A stretch of 62,310 nucleotides of DNA, counting the filler, from Squatina squatina (Eukaryota): NCBI GenBank assembly GCA_031763465.1. It is 4 parts of 4 records of this genome, joined end to end, with 100 filler letters (N's around TTAATTAATTAA, not from the genome) between each part and the next. Parts side by side here need not be neighbours in the genome. Positions count along the whole stretch, not along the records: positions 12,771 to 26,853 come from JARFOE010000120.1; positions 26,954 to 49,291 come from JARFOE010000115.1; 2 more parts are not named here. One strand, 5' to 3'. Positions 13,640 to 27,160 of this stretch are shown in pieces. Position 1 is the first letter of the stretch; each line of letters begins with the position of its first letter. Position numbers and translations under genes: made by a program. Under the pieces are notes generated by a model. That model had not been told where the DNA came from. It searched no databases and worked only from the letters and a program-made list of their open reading frames with translations.

Positions 13640-14570
13640 TAGGTGTTGCAAGGGTTGTTCCCGCACAATGCCAAGGGTGTGCAGCATGCACCATACCACC
13701 ACAAATCAGCTGAGCACTGCAGGGCTCCTCCAGAGCGGTTCAGGCAGTGGAAGCGTTGTTTAAGGACTCCAATGGTCTGCTCTATCAGATTCGTGTGGCA
13801 GCATAGCTTTCCTTACATGTATGCTGCCCATGTGTGCGTCATGAGCAGAGTCATGAGCCAGGTGGTCAGAGGACAGCCCTTGTCGCCCAGTAGCCTCCCT
13901 CTAGTTTGTTGTGGTGGTTCAAAAAATGAGGGAACAGTGGACTGGTGCAGAATAAAAGCATCATGACTGCTGCCAGGATACCAGGCATTCACCACCATGA
14001 TATGCTGAGCATGGTCGCACACCAACTGCACATTCAGTGAGTGGTAGCCTTTATGGTTGCGGTCCATCTCAGCATTTACATACAGTCCTCACAAAACCAC
14101 ATGCGTGTATTCAGTGGCACCCTGCACCTTGGGGAAGTCTGCTATCCTGGCAAAGCCACGTCCACACTCTGCTTCTTTCTGGTTAGAGAGAAGACAATGA
14201 AGTCCCCTCTCCTGGCATAAAAAGCGTCTGTTACCTCTCTTATGCAGCAGTGGATGGTGAATTGGGAGATTTTGCAGATGTCACCTGTTCTAGCCTGGAA
14301 AGATCACGACGCAAAGAAATTCAGGGCAACATCTTCACAGCTACTGGCAGCGTTGTCCTTGTCCTGGTGTGAGGCTGCAGGTCTGGTTGCAAGAGGTGGC
14401 AGAGTTCTGTGGGCACCTCCTTCGTAAAGCACAGATGCCTCACACTGCTCCTGGCTCAGGCTGAGGGAAGAGAATTGCTTGGAAGACCCTAGGTGGGTAA
14501 GGCCTCCTGCTGAAAACCCTTCTCCTCCTCATACCTTTGTGGGCAGCTTATCCTCTTCTTTGCTGCCTCT
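13640..14570 (-). pseudogene. PIF/Harbinger (HARBI1-like) DDE transposase, frameshifted
   Basis: Minus-strand motifs: FPKVQGATEYTHV (canonical GAIDCTHV), [54 protein letters not shown]. Confidence 0.9.
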
Positions 14571-14924
14571 NNNNNNNNNNNNNNNNNNNNNNNNNNNNNN
14601 NNNNNNNNNNNNNNNNNNNNNNNNNNNNNNNNNNNNNNNNNNNNNNNNNNNNNNNNNNNNNNNNNNNNNNACAGAATCCTTTTGCTTTTCCACAATTCCT
14701 GGTCTCCTGCCATTAAAAAAAATCTGATTTTATTTTGGATCCAAAGTGGATGACCTCACAGATCCCCACATTGATCACGATCTGCTACAGTTTTGCTGAC
14801 TCACTTAATCTTTGTAACAGTCTGCTCCAATCTACACAATTTACTTAAAATTTAAATGTATAGTTACAGATTTAGTTTGTGTTAGTTTCCCAGAATGCGA
14901 AACATTGTACAAGAGAATGACCAA

Positions 14925-15148
14925 AGTGTGTTTGTGTATTGATACTTAGTGGTTAGCAGTGAGTTTGTATATGAAACATTGTGTTAAAAAATGAGTTTGT
15001 GTATTGATGCACTGTGTTAAACAGTGAGCTTGTATGTTGATACTCGGTTAAACAGTGAGTTTGTGTATTGATACTCCCAGTTAAATGGTACGTTTGTGTA
15101 CTGATACATTGTTTAAAAAATGAGTTTGTGTACTGATACACTGTTAAA
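14925..15148. repeat. Minisatellite, about 7 copies of a 31-33 bp unit
   Basis: The unit approximates agtgagtttgtgtattgatacactgtgttaaac and repeats with substitutions. Confidence 0.85.
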
Positions 15149-18100
15149 TTTCCCCAACACCATTTCCCTACAAATACTGATTTAATTCAGTTCCTCCCTC
15201 TCATTTGACCCTATAATCTCCGACATCACTAGGAGGTTATTTGTGTCCTCCTTTCTGAAGACAGAACCAAAGTATATATTTAATTGCCCTGCCATTTCCT
15301 TGTTTCCCATTATAAATTCCCCTAATTCTGACTGCATGGGTTCTACNNNNNNNNNNNNNNNNNNNNNNNNNNNNNNNNNNNNNNNNNNNNNNNNNNNNNN
15401 NNNNNNNNNNNNNNNNNNNNNNNNNNNNNNNNNNNNNNNNNNNNNNCCAAAACTTTCTTTTAACTAAGTAAAGCAAATTTTATTATGAGAAGCATAATGG
15501 CAAAACATTTAATTGCCTTTGATCTGTGCACTAGGAGACAGAGAGCCTTAATCATTCTTCTGTCATGAAGAACTGCTGTTGCATTTTTCATTGCATTAAG
15601 CAAGTGGTTATTATACAGATTTCAAGGGTCAAGTTAGATTTGTAAACGCAAACAGCAGTCAATTAACATCAATATGCCATGGCAAGCAGAAGGCTGCACA
15701 GAGATTTGTTTGCATAAGGCTTAGAACCTGAATTTACTGTTGCCTCTTTCATGGCAAAACACCAAATGAAGTCTAAAATTGGAACGATAAAGTTGGGAAT
15801 TCTTTGCAGTGAAGCAGCCCTGATTTATAGAGAAACCTGCCATTTTGTCTCAGGTCACGGAGCTCATCGATCACGCAGCTTCTCTGCGACTTCACTTTCA
15901 CACCAAATAAGAATAATTTATTACTGCACAAGTCTGCCGAAAATTATATTCTACTTGAACGGATGTTCAATTTTAAAGCGATTTGCATAAAAAACAGAGT
16001 GGCTGGAAGAAGCAGCAGACAGACTAGCACAAATCAAAGTGTTATTTAACAGAGTAGTGGGACGAGTAGTGATCCTGCAGCCTGTACTGCCTTGTGTCCC
16101 TTCAGGATTGTAGGTTGTTTATTCTTCCCATTCCCCATCATTTCAAAAATAAATGGACTGAATGTCGCAACGCGGAGAGNNNNNNNNNNNNNNNNNNNNN
16201 NNNNNNNNNNNNNNNNNNNNNNNNNNNNNNNNNNNNNNNNNNNNNNNNNNNNNNNNNNNNNNNNNNNNNNNNNNNNNNNAGTTTGCTCTCCTCCACTTCT
16301 CCCCCCTCCAGCCTCCAGGACCTACCAGGTGGAGTTCGCCAGGCCCCGACTGACGAGCTACATGGAATGCCCGATTGCTGCCCACAGCTCGCCGGTTTTA
16401 TTTAAATGTGTCCCTTCATTTGCCTCAGGCCTCAGGCACGTGAAGTGATCGCCTCGATGGCTTACCACTCGTTTTGGGTACAGGTCCAATTTCTCCCCCC
16501 ACCCAAAACAGGTTTTGTAAATCACATTTTCTAAAATTGTTATTACTAATTAATGAATGGTTGCTGACGACCTTCACCAATTTAAGCTTCACTGTTCAAA
16601 GGATTATGTAGGTGAACCAATAAATTCAATACCCTAAGAGACCTGAGTGTACCTTTTGCTACATAGCAAGTCCTGTGGATCTTGGTATAATCCAATGTCA
16701 AAACTGTCTGTCTATAAAACACAGTATGGTTCCTCTGTAAAACCCCACATTACAAATACACCAAACCACATTCAGAGCTCTTCCAAACGACAGCTCCACT
16801 GCTGGTCGGTCTTTCTCTCGGTGACCAGCATCATTCACTGGGTATATTCCACACTAGTAGGGATACATCATTTTTCCACCATATTATTCAAACATTCCAG
16901 CACTCTCCGGTCACTCACTGAACATTTTTGCTTATTATGCCAGCGCTCAGCCGGAGATAGGTTTGTAGTATCATTGTCCTAGTTGTATATTTCCTATTCA
17001 GCAAATTCCTCGGCATTTAGTTACTGAATTATTGTGTCACTTTACTGAAGGTGCAGAACAAAGCAGATTGAATGATATTTGTTGTAAGACTCCATACCTT
17101 CTTGTGGTCAGAATACTTTATAAAATGTATTAGCTGTTCTATCATTGAATTTGATTTTCGCAATGGGCTGGCTACACAGGAGTAATATTCCATTATATAT
17201 AATACAAAGCAGTAGACGGAATAGAAATAAGAAACTCAAAGTATATTATATTTATTTCATCAAAATGAAAAATTTGGTCCTCATGTTTCCTTTAACAGTA
17301 CAATAATAGCACCATTGTTTGAAAGAAATATATATATTTTGCAGATGGAACATAGGCATAGAAATTGGTTTCGGGCACATGACCAGACGGCACATACCCC
17401 AATCGGGAGGCTCGAGGCTCACNNNNNNNNNNNNNNNNNNNNNNNNNNNNNNNNNNNNNNNNNNNNNNNNNNNNNNNNNNNNNNNNNNNNNNNNNNNNNN
17501 NNNNNNNNNNNNNNNNNNNNNNTCACAATTTTTTTGTCCATTGAGACTATTAGAATGATGAAAGACAAAAGGCAGCTACTTTGATATAATTAAATGAAAA
17601 GCCAATGTTCAGTCTAATTGTCCATGTGCAATATGCAAAATAAATAACATACCAAAAATAGCTATCACATTTAGAAGCACCCAGCTCCTGAGGATCACCA
17701 TAAAAACTTCATTGATCTGTTTGGTGATTTATAACATTAGCTGAGTGCTTGATGTGTTCTGTATGTTCAACTTGACCTCAATCATAAATCCCATACAACT
17801 CAATAAGCTTTTAAATGATCAAAACCACCACTCCTGGGAATAAGATACCTTTTAAAAAAATATTCATAAACAAATACAAGTACTCAGAAATAATCTTGAT
17901 ATAATTTCTAGGGAAATGTATCTAATCAAAATACTTCATCTGCTCAGCACAAAGGGTAACAGAGCTCAGCCATTCCATTGTCCACGCATTATGGCTTTTG
18001 GAGGAGGGGGAAGTGCTGTGTACATCACCACAGTCCGTTATTATCTTTCTATTGAAGCAACACCCGCTTTCTGCCTGAAAGGCAGATATTGGAAATGTTC

Positions 18101-19059
18101 ATCAGGGCAAATATTTTCTGTGAAAACCATGACTGATTTGATCTCTTGGTCTGCAATGAATTTTGACAGCAACATGAAAGTCTGCAAGATTTATAAATTC
18201 ATAGTGTCATTTATCCAAAGAAAATGATATGTAGATTCACTTGAAGGTTTACATTCGAATGATTGTCTTTTCAAGGAAGAAACTTCCCCACGGTCAGCCT
18301 AATGGTTTCCATATCAAAACAGGTACATAANNNNNNNNNNNNNNNNNNNNNNNNNNNNNNNNNNNNNNNNNNNNNNNNNNNNNNNNNNNNNNNNNNNNNN
18401 NNNNNNNNNNNNNNNNNNNNNNNNNNNNNNTGATCAACATGAATCTGGTACAGAACGTGAAAAAAAAAGACTGCAGCAAGTGCAGGTTACTCATTAGCAG
18501 TGAGTGATTCTCATCTTCCATGAGCTAGATTTATTGCCTCAGTGGTTTTAACAACTTCAATTAAGCATCCTAGAAAATATGTTTTTTAACATTGTTCCTC
18601 ATGTATACATTCATACATAGGAAATAAGACATTATTTAATAGTAGATAGCTCATGCCTATTCTAATAACTCACATAATAAAAGGGAAGCAGGAGAACTAG
18701 TGAATAAAATAAGCGCAGATTTAAATGCTATAACCAGTGACTTTATGTATCTACTGCAAATATGTTATATTTTACACCTAACTGGCTACCCAACTGCAAC
18801 AGCGGGCAATCATAGAACAAGCAGTCATTGTAACAAAAGAGTCTGACAGACTTTTGCCTGCTGAAAGATAAATTGATGATTTTAGCATATGCATCAATTC
18901 AAATTTAAACCTTCAGGAGCTAAGCTGGAAAGCAAACTGCCTAAAATGTTGTTATGTTATTTTTAGAACTGTCAAATATTTGCAGGCGAGCATCCATGAG
19001 CTATGGCTGCAGCTAAAGGTCTGTATCATTTTGCAAAGTCCTCCTGCCAAACTGAAACT

Positions 19060-19282
19060 TTACATAGTATTACATAGAATCTACAGCACAGAAATAGGCC
19101 ATTTGACCCAGCAGGTCCGTGTCAGTGTTTATGCTCCACATGACCCTCCTCACGTCCATCTAATCCTATCAACGTATTCTTCCGTTCCTTTCTCCCTCAT
19201 GTACTTATTTAGTGTTCTCTTAAGGGCGTCTATGCTATTTGCCTCAACCACTCCATGTGGTAGTGAGCTCCACATTCTAACT
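19060..19282 (-). mobile_element. CR1 LINE 3' end
   Basis: Minus translation VRMWSSLPHGVVEANSIDALKRTLNKYMREKG is the CR1 ORF2 C-terminus, followed by the 3' UTR and tail. Confidence 0.8.
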
Positions 19283-19619
19283 TGCATTTCAAAGCAGTCT
19301 GAACAGTTGCCAGGATGGGATCTTGTTTTGCATTGTTCGATCTGGATTTGGGTGCACTGAACTCCCTCCATATAAAGCCCCAGTGATGATTACTAACATA
19401 GAGAATGCTACAACCTAAAGGAACTTATCAGCCATGATTGCAATAAGTGCATGTACTTCTGCTGCCAAATCATAGAATCACAGAAATTTACAGCACAGAA
19501 GGAGGCCATTCGGCCCATTNNNNNNNNNNNNNNNNNNNNNNNNNNNNNNNNNNNNNNNNNNNNNNNNNNNNNNNNNNNNNNNNNNNNNNNNNNNNNNNNN
19601 NNNNNNNNNNNNNNNNNNN

Positions 19620-19920
19620 TAACGCCAACTTTTCAAGGCGTTGTTTTTCTCAGCTCACTTAAGGCGTTGAGTCTGGGGAATGTTGCAACAAGGCGCCACG
19701 GAGGTATTGCGCCAACTGATGACATCACCGGCAGCTAACGCCTCCAGAAATAGCACCTCGCCTGGCTGCGGAGGCGCAAAAGTTTAGCGCCAAAATAAAT
19801 TTGGGGCGGGTTTCGCGGGAGGGGCAAATCGGCGTTTTAATGCCAAAAGATGATTTAGCGCCTCAATAACGCCTTAATAAGGTGCTAAGCAGGTTTTAAA
19901 AAGTGCCGAATTTCTGGCCC
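19620..19920. mobile_element. End of a GC-rich non-autonomous Harbinger-like element
   Basis: CpG-rich with repeated ggcg/cgcc subterminal motifs. Ends in aatttctggccc, the same terminus as at 31029-31040. Confidence 0.55.
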
Positions 19921-22632
19921 TCGGATTTTTTTCCTCAGGTGGAAACTCAAGAATAAGGCCATTTGAACCTCTTCTAATGGTGTTCCTTTTAACTTACCGA
20001 TACTGCTATTTTTGACTTTCTATTCATTAAGAGTATTATGAAAAAAATAGGGCACTTCAGTCAAATGCTGTGTAAACTGGAGCTGTTATACGGCAGTAAC
20101 TCCAAAGCATTTCCTCATTAAATTCTCTCTCTGGAAACAGCATCGTTCAGACTCTCCTATTTGTCCTTGACAACACTGAATACAGAAAAGTGAATAAATC
20201 AAACTAGAATGCTCTGCAGTTCAGGTAGGCTGGTGGGGGTGGTGAAGGGAGCTGGAACACGGATATCATTGTTCTGGCCTATTTTCTTTAAGATCACGCA
20301 AACATGGCTCAGCCTGACTTCTACAAGAAGTGATGCCACAATTTTTTCAGCTGCCTCAACTAACAGGCACTTTCTTAAAAAAAATGAGTTGCTAGTATCT
20401 TCCTATTATAAAACTATGACTCAGTCACTTTTTATTAGAAGAATCCAACAGTGCTAAAGTGAGAGAAGATCCTCTGAATTTTCTATCCGTGGAAACAGCG
20501 TGCATTTGTACAGGATGATCAATAGTACACCCATAACCTGTGCTCAGAAATCTCCAGCGTTAATTAGATCATTGGCTAGAAATGATTAATTTCTGTTAGC
20601 AGAACGTTAGCTTGTGATGTGTGTGGTTGCTCGATTCAGAAAGCTATTCCAGCTACTGAAAGGGCTGTGTACATATATGTGATCCAGGAAGGAGAGAAGG
20701 AGGAGGCTTCTGACAGAAGGTTAATTGATGCTCAGTTTGAAGAAGCACATTTTCCAAACATGGAATTGTGATACATCAGCAGTTGACAAAGCCCTGACGG
20801 GGAGCTAAATGTGCTGCTATGGTCAATGAGGTTTCTGTTCGAATGGATCAATACTCTCTAANNNNNNNNNNNNNNNNNNNNNNNNNNNNNNNNNNNNNNN
20901 NNNNNNNNNNNNNNNNNNNNNNNNNNNNNNNNNNNNNNNNNNNNNNNNNNNNNNNNNNNNNAGCTAGTTCTTGCTATACTTGCCACCTATGGAAACTCTT
21001 ACTTGTGGCTTTCCTTAACCAGTGTGCTCTCAAAGGCTGAATTCCTCTCAGCACCGAGTAGCTCAGTAATTGCACGCCTCTTTACATCAATTACGTGGCT
21101 TAAACCTAATTCCTTTGAATCTAACGACATACAGGCTAAAACGTTTACCATATTTCACTGTTGATGAGTAATCTTCAAACAAACCCAGTGTAGGTGGCTA
21201 CAGACTGCGACAAAAAACTGAGATATGTGTTAGCTTTGCGGGGTTGTTAAGTCTGCTGTCACTCGGGAAGCTTCGAGCTTTACTGAGTCACGCTTGAAGA
21301 CGACCCTGACATTGGGTAACACTGACATTTTTCACAACTATGATGGAATATATCGGCCTGTTTCATCTGTTTTGTTGAGGGTATTAATCCTCCCCCCTGC
21401 ACCTCCAGTCCATTTATTTTTCATTATGCAATGCTAAGAGCAATCTCTGGGTTGCTGACACCCTCCCTGGACACAAGTGCGTGTAGTTATTCTTAAAGCA
21501 AATGGAGGAACTGTATGTCACAAAGATTCAAGAGTGGTCCAGAAAGGGCTAGATTTCCAAGCTATCTTAAGCAACTTTTATTTACAATGTGTATAATATT
21601 TATAAATAAATTTTACATTCTAGTAATCTACAATGCATTCTAGGTATACTTTGTTAAAATATTTCACCTAAGTTATAAAGGTGGGCACGGCTCATTACTA
21701 CGGCATAAATAATAAAATGAAAAAACTGAGAGCCTAAATATAAACAAGACATTATAAAATAAATTTTACACAGAACATAGGGTCCAAGAACTGAGAATAC
21801 AACTAAAGTCCAAGATTAACAAATCATACAAAATGATTACATTTGGAGTTGGCCCTTAAGACACTGGTGTTAAGGGTCATCTCCATGGACTACTTCCATA
21901 GCGTCATCCAATCAGAAGTGCTTCCTCCACAGCCCCACCCATTCAGGAAGGTGTCTCCAATCAGGAGTGCTCATTCCTAATGTTTATTCAGTTTAGAGTG
22001 CACTTTCCCCCTGTTCATTGCCCTTCCCAGTGTTTAAATACCCCTTTCCAAATTAATCTGGCATTTATTCCTTCCATCAGTGCTTGCTGCACCTCTGCAT
22101 TTGTGTTTTCCTTTCCATTTGCTGTATTCATAGTCTCTTTTGCTATATCATATAAATGTTCATACGCTTCCTCACTGTTGGCCTTTTTTCCATTGTCCAT
22201 CTCCACAGGATTGTCCTTTTGGTTCCATTCTTAATTATCCTATCATATCCAGAGCACTTCCAGCATTGGCTTCTCTTCCCACCCTTGTGCTGTTACCTCC
22301 GGAGTATCTGTATTGACCCTTCCTCATCTACATGATGCCTCTTGGTGACATCAACCGCAGACACAAGGTCAGCTTGCATGTGAACACAGATGAGGCTTGG
22401 CTCAACCTCTCAACCCCTCTACTGCCTCTGGCAGAGTGCTAATCCGATATCCAGCCTCGGGTGAGCCACAATTTTGTCCACTTAAACATTGGGANNNNNN
22501 NNNNNNNNNNNNNNNNNNNNNNNNNNNNNNNNNNNNNNNNNNNNNNNNNNNNNNNNNNNNNNNNNNNNNNNNNNNNNNNNNNNNNNNNNNNNNNGGCCTT
22601 GACAGTGACATCCACGTCCCAGAAATGAATTA

Positions 22633-23178
22633 AAAAAACATAACAATAAGAAACAGGAGTAGGCCATACGGCCCCTCAAGCCTACTCCGCCATTCAACAA
22701 GGTCATGGCTGATTTTCGACCTCAACTTCACTTTCCAACCCAATCCCCATATTCTTTAGCTCTCCTAGATTCCAAAAATCTAGCGATCTTGAATATACTC
22801 AATGGTTCAGCATCCAAGCCCTCTGGGGTAAAGGGAAGATTCCCAACCTGAGGGAAGAAATTCCTCCTCATCTCAGTCCTAAATGACCGACCCCTTATCC
22901 TGAGTTCTGGACTCTCCAGCCAGGAGAAACAGCCTCTCAGCGCATGTCAAGCCCACTAAGAATTTTCTATGTTTCAATGAGATCCTCTCTCATTCTTTTT
23001 AAACTCCAGAGAGTACAGGCCCAATCTCTCCTCATAGGCCAATGCTCATCCCAGGGATCAATCTAGTGAACCTTTGTTGCACCCCATCGAAGGCAAGTAT
23101 ATCCTTCCTTAGGTAAAGAGACCAAAACTTGCACAGTACTCCAAGCGTGGTCTCACCAAAGCCCTGTACAGTTGCAGC
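22633..23178 (-). mobile_element. CR1 LINE 3' portion
   Basis: Minus translation includes FWSLYLRKDILAFDGVQQRFTRLIPGM. The 3' end ..gggccgtatggcctactcctg.. has a short tail. Confidence 0.85.
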
Positions 23179-23369
23179 ACTGCTAACTTGTGTTAGTTGA
23201 ATGCTGTTCCGCATCTGGGCTAGCCAAGGAATTCAAAGTGTTGCCTTTAAATATGATTTGGTGAGAGTATCCAAGGATAGGTCTTGATGCTTTGCATTCC
23301 TGCATTGTGTGTTAGTCACAGACTTTCAGTCTGAAACTTAGGAACACAGGAGCGTACAGGAGATAAAAC

Positions 23370-23910
23370 TATCCATCATCGTCATTTAAAAAAGGTGAGG
23401 TGGAGAAGCCAGGAAATGAAAGACCTTTTAGTCTAACATCTGTTGTGGGGAAGTTATTGGAATCTATAATTAAGGACAAAGTGACTGCAGAGAAATGAGA
23501 GCTGATTGGAGAGAGCCAACATGGATTTGTAAAAGGGTAGGCCATGTCTAACAAACCTAATTGAATCTTTTGAGGAAGTAACTAAAGTAGTGGATAGGGG
23601 AATGTCTATGATGTAGTTTATATGGACTCCCAGAAGACATTTGATAAAGTTCTATGTAAGTGTCTGTTAGCTGAAATGAAAGTTCTGGAATTGAAGGCAA
23701 ATGATTGACCTGGATAGGAGATTGGATAGAAGACAGAGAGTAGGGATAATGGGTATGTACTCGAATCGAAAGAACTGACTAGTGGTGTCCCACAGCGATC
23801 TGTGCTGTGGCCTCAATTATTCACTATATTTATTCGTGACTTAGATAACACAATAGAGAATATTTAAGTTTGCCAACAACACAATGATTCGTGGCATAGT
23901 AAATAGTACA
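23370..23910 (+). mobile_element. CR1 LINE reverse transcriptase fragment, decayed
   Basis: FKKG..EKPGN.RPFSLTSVVGKLLESIIKD, SQHGFVKG, VYMDSQKTFDKV, TSGVPQRSVLWPQLFTIFIRDLD, KFANNT (canonical FADDT). Confidence 0.9.
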
Positions 23911-23911
23911 G

Positions 23912-24213
23912 ACAACAACAGCAACAACTTGAATTTATATAGCGCCTTTAACATAGTGAAACGTCCCAAGGCGCTTCACAGGAGCGTCATAAGACAAAAA
24001 ATTTGACAGCGAGCCACATAAGGAGAAATTAGGGCAGGTCAAAGAGGCAGATTTTAAGGAGCGTCTCAAAGGAGGAAAGAGAGGTTGAGAGGCGGAGAGG
24101 TTTAAGGAGGGAATTCCAGAACTTAGGGCCCAGACGGGTGAAGGCATGGCCACCAATGGTTGAGCGATTATGATCAGGGATGTTCAAGAGAGCAGAAGTA
24201 GAAGAGCACCGAT
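23912..24213 (-). mobile_element. L2 LINE 3' end inserted into the CR1 copy
   Basis: A (caa)n tail is followed by tttatatagcgcctttaac...aaacgtcccaaggcgcttcac. The sequence is homologous to 1-180. Confidence 0.85.
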
Positions 24214-26897
24214 NNNNNNNNNNNNNNNNNNNNNNNNNNNNNNNNNNNNNNNNNNNNNNNNNNNNNNNNNNNNNNNNNNNNNNNNNNNNNNNNNNNNNNN
24301 NNNNNNNNNNNNNGTTGTACGCAGGCGTGCTTTATTCCCTCTGATATTGCAAACTTTAGTTATGCTTTACTGCTGTAGCTTTTAATGAGCTTCTCCTGTA
24401 AATCCCAACCACTGCATCAATAAATCCCCCCTCCACAAGCCCTGACAAGCTCTTCCAATTAACATCAACAAATGAAGATGAATTAATGCCTTCTTATCTG
24501 CAAAGCGGCTGTTTTTTTGGTGTTAGAAGCTGAAGATTGGAAGGATGAGTCAACAGCTCCTTGTGTTCATTAATTGCTCACTGGGAGGTGATCCTTTTCA
24601 TTGGTGAATTCTGTCTCGCCTCTGAGGGGCCCCCAAAATCTGCCCTATAGCTTTCTTCATTCTCTCAATGGGGCATTCTATTCAAAACAAAGGTTTTTTT
24701 AATCTTTCACTTTTATTGCTAATTTTGTACCCTTGCCTCTTCTCCTGAAGGTATGTTAACTCTTGCTGGGGTATAGCTGTACGGATGCCAGAGAAGCTGC
24801 TGCAGATAAATAGGCAGTGCAAATCATTTTTAGGTGAGGGATTTTTTTTTTAATGTTCCAGTCGCCTTGGTTACTTGGAATTTATGCTTTTTTTTGAAGT
24901 TCCTGCTTCTTGCAGCTTAACTGCAAAGGTCAGAGATACAATGTACTGAATAACTAAACACCAGCAAACTGCCATCAGTAACAACCCAAGATACTGATCT
25001 GTCATTACACGGTCCATTAAAATTACAAACACCACCATATTGTCGGGGCTGTATTCACTTTAATGTACTTTAGTGGTTGTAAAACGAGTGAACAAGATTA
25101 TAAGAGCTCCTCACTTTCTCTACTGAAAAGTAAGTTATCAGCTGATGATATGTGCCACAGCTTAAGCAGATGTGTATAAATTGAAATCTTCACATTCTCC
25201 TCAGCGGTTCCCAATCCACCAAGATTAGGGGTGTNNNNNNNNNNNNNNNNNNNNNNNNNNNNNNNNNNNNNNNNNNNNNNNNNNNNNNNNNNNNNNNNNN
25301 NNNNNNNNNNNNNNNNNNNNNNNNNNNNNNNNNNGACATTCAATAAGAAATATGCCTATGGTCTTTGGCGTTTACACTCAATCCCACAGGGATGCACACT
25401 ATGCATTTCATGCAGTGCAGGGACTGATATAAACCTATTTTCCTCGCAGAATGGACCCATTAATACCAAACTAGTAATTAAAAGCCATACTTTAAAATGT
25501 CAGATTTCTCTCACAGACTTACTGGTGTGCTGAACAATTTTTGTGTGGTCCTGGCTGACTTGCCTGACAGTTATATGACGATGCAAGCATAGCCCCGGAT
25601 TCCCTGTTGGCCTGGAGGCAGAGAGAGTAATATTCTGTGGAAACGTCATTCAATGTCATTTGTTTTAATCTTTAAGGACAGAAGAGCTCCTGTGACCAGT
25701 GGTTCTCAATGCCATCAGATACATGTCATAAATCATCTCTAACACTGCACCACAGGGTAGCTTTCAGATGAATGCTCAGACTTGGAGATTCAGCTTGACA
25801 TCAATAAGTTATTCTAACTTTAGCTTTTCCAACCAATCTTCCACAATAGCCCCGAGAACAATATGTTTACAATATTCAAGCCAGAAAGAACTGTGATCAT
25901 TGAGAGGTTTACAATTCTGCTCAATAGAAACATTGGGAATAAATATTTTGCAACATTAACAGAAGAAAAGGACCCTGAATTCATTATTCTTTAGTCCATC
26001 GCCAAGTGGAAAGCACGCTGAATTGCGGATAGGCTTCTGCCAATGGCGACCTGCAACTGGCCACCAGGAGGTGGAAGGGTGCTAACTAAGGTGGGGTTCT
26101 TTATTCAATATTTCCTCCTGCACTGTGGGAAAGTGTTTGATTTCCAGTCGGAGCCTTCCAATGAAGACACAGTCTGGTCACCATGTACGGCCGGCCACAT
26201 TGCAAATGTGTTTGTGAAAATTTCTAGCAAAATCATATGTTGTAAAGACTGTGTTTAGGATTTCAGAAGTACTGAACCAAGCAAATCTTCATAAACATAC
26301 TTACAATACTTACAGACATTGTATTCAGAGGAATTCTTATCTCCATTTGTGGAATTGCAAGTATAAACCAAACACCCTGCCACTTTGTGGCACAGTGAAT
26401 TAGAGTGACACAGGTCTGATTTATTGAACCTAAATTATTAAATAGTAGACCTAATACTTCAAATAAACATAAGACAAAAGTAAAAAGCATTTAAAATCTA
26501 GAATGGAGAATCACACACGGCTCCTGTGTACCCCCTCTTTCACCGAGACAACCATCGAGGTGAATGCTCCTCATGGGAGACAGATTCTGTATTCAACATT
26601 TGGATACAGATGAAAATCTACAAGGAATAAACCTCGACTGGTCAGTAACTCTGGCAATGGAAGGTTGGCTGAGCAATTGGAATCTCAAACTCATTGATCT
26701 CTGACTCAGTCAAACTGATTATAGCCTGGGGCTGCTAGATTGCATGCATGGCATTGCATGGCAGGGAAAGAGTCCATCTCAGGGAAATAGGACCACAGTC
26801 TGACATAGTGAATTCAGAAACAAAGGTTCTAAACTTAAAGAAAGGTAACTTTGNNNNNNNNNNNNNNNNNNNNNNNNNNNNNNNNNNNNNNNNNNNN

Positions 26898-26909
26898 TTA
26901 ATTAATTAA
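26898..26909. other. Artificial six-frame-stop scaffold spacer TTAATTAATTAA
   Basis: Structure N44 + 12 bp + N44. Confidence 0.95.
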
Positions 26910-27160
26910 NNNNNNNNNNNNNNNNNNNNNNNNNNNNNNNNNNNNNNNNNNNNAACTACTAGTCTTTTTTTTAATCCTATAGCATAATGTAATGAACTAA
27001 AGAAGGTAATCGGGGAGTGTATTTCTGCCATTTAATCATTGTGGTGAGGAAACGTGCCCAATCTCAGACCCCAAAACAATGAACTGACGCCACTGATGAA
27101 TGTTTTTATCCCGCTGCGTAGTACAAATAGAATGACTAATGTCACTCTGCAGCCACCTAC

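Noticed and set aside
14925-15148. CRISPR-like array
   Set aside because: The units are contiguous, degenerate tandem repeats without unique spacers, in vertebrate DNA with no cas genes. It is an ordinary minisatellite.
16647-16982. 111-aa ORF as a gene exon
   Set aside because: No recognisable homology on either strand and no convincing paired splice sites.
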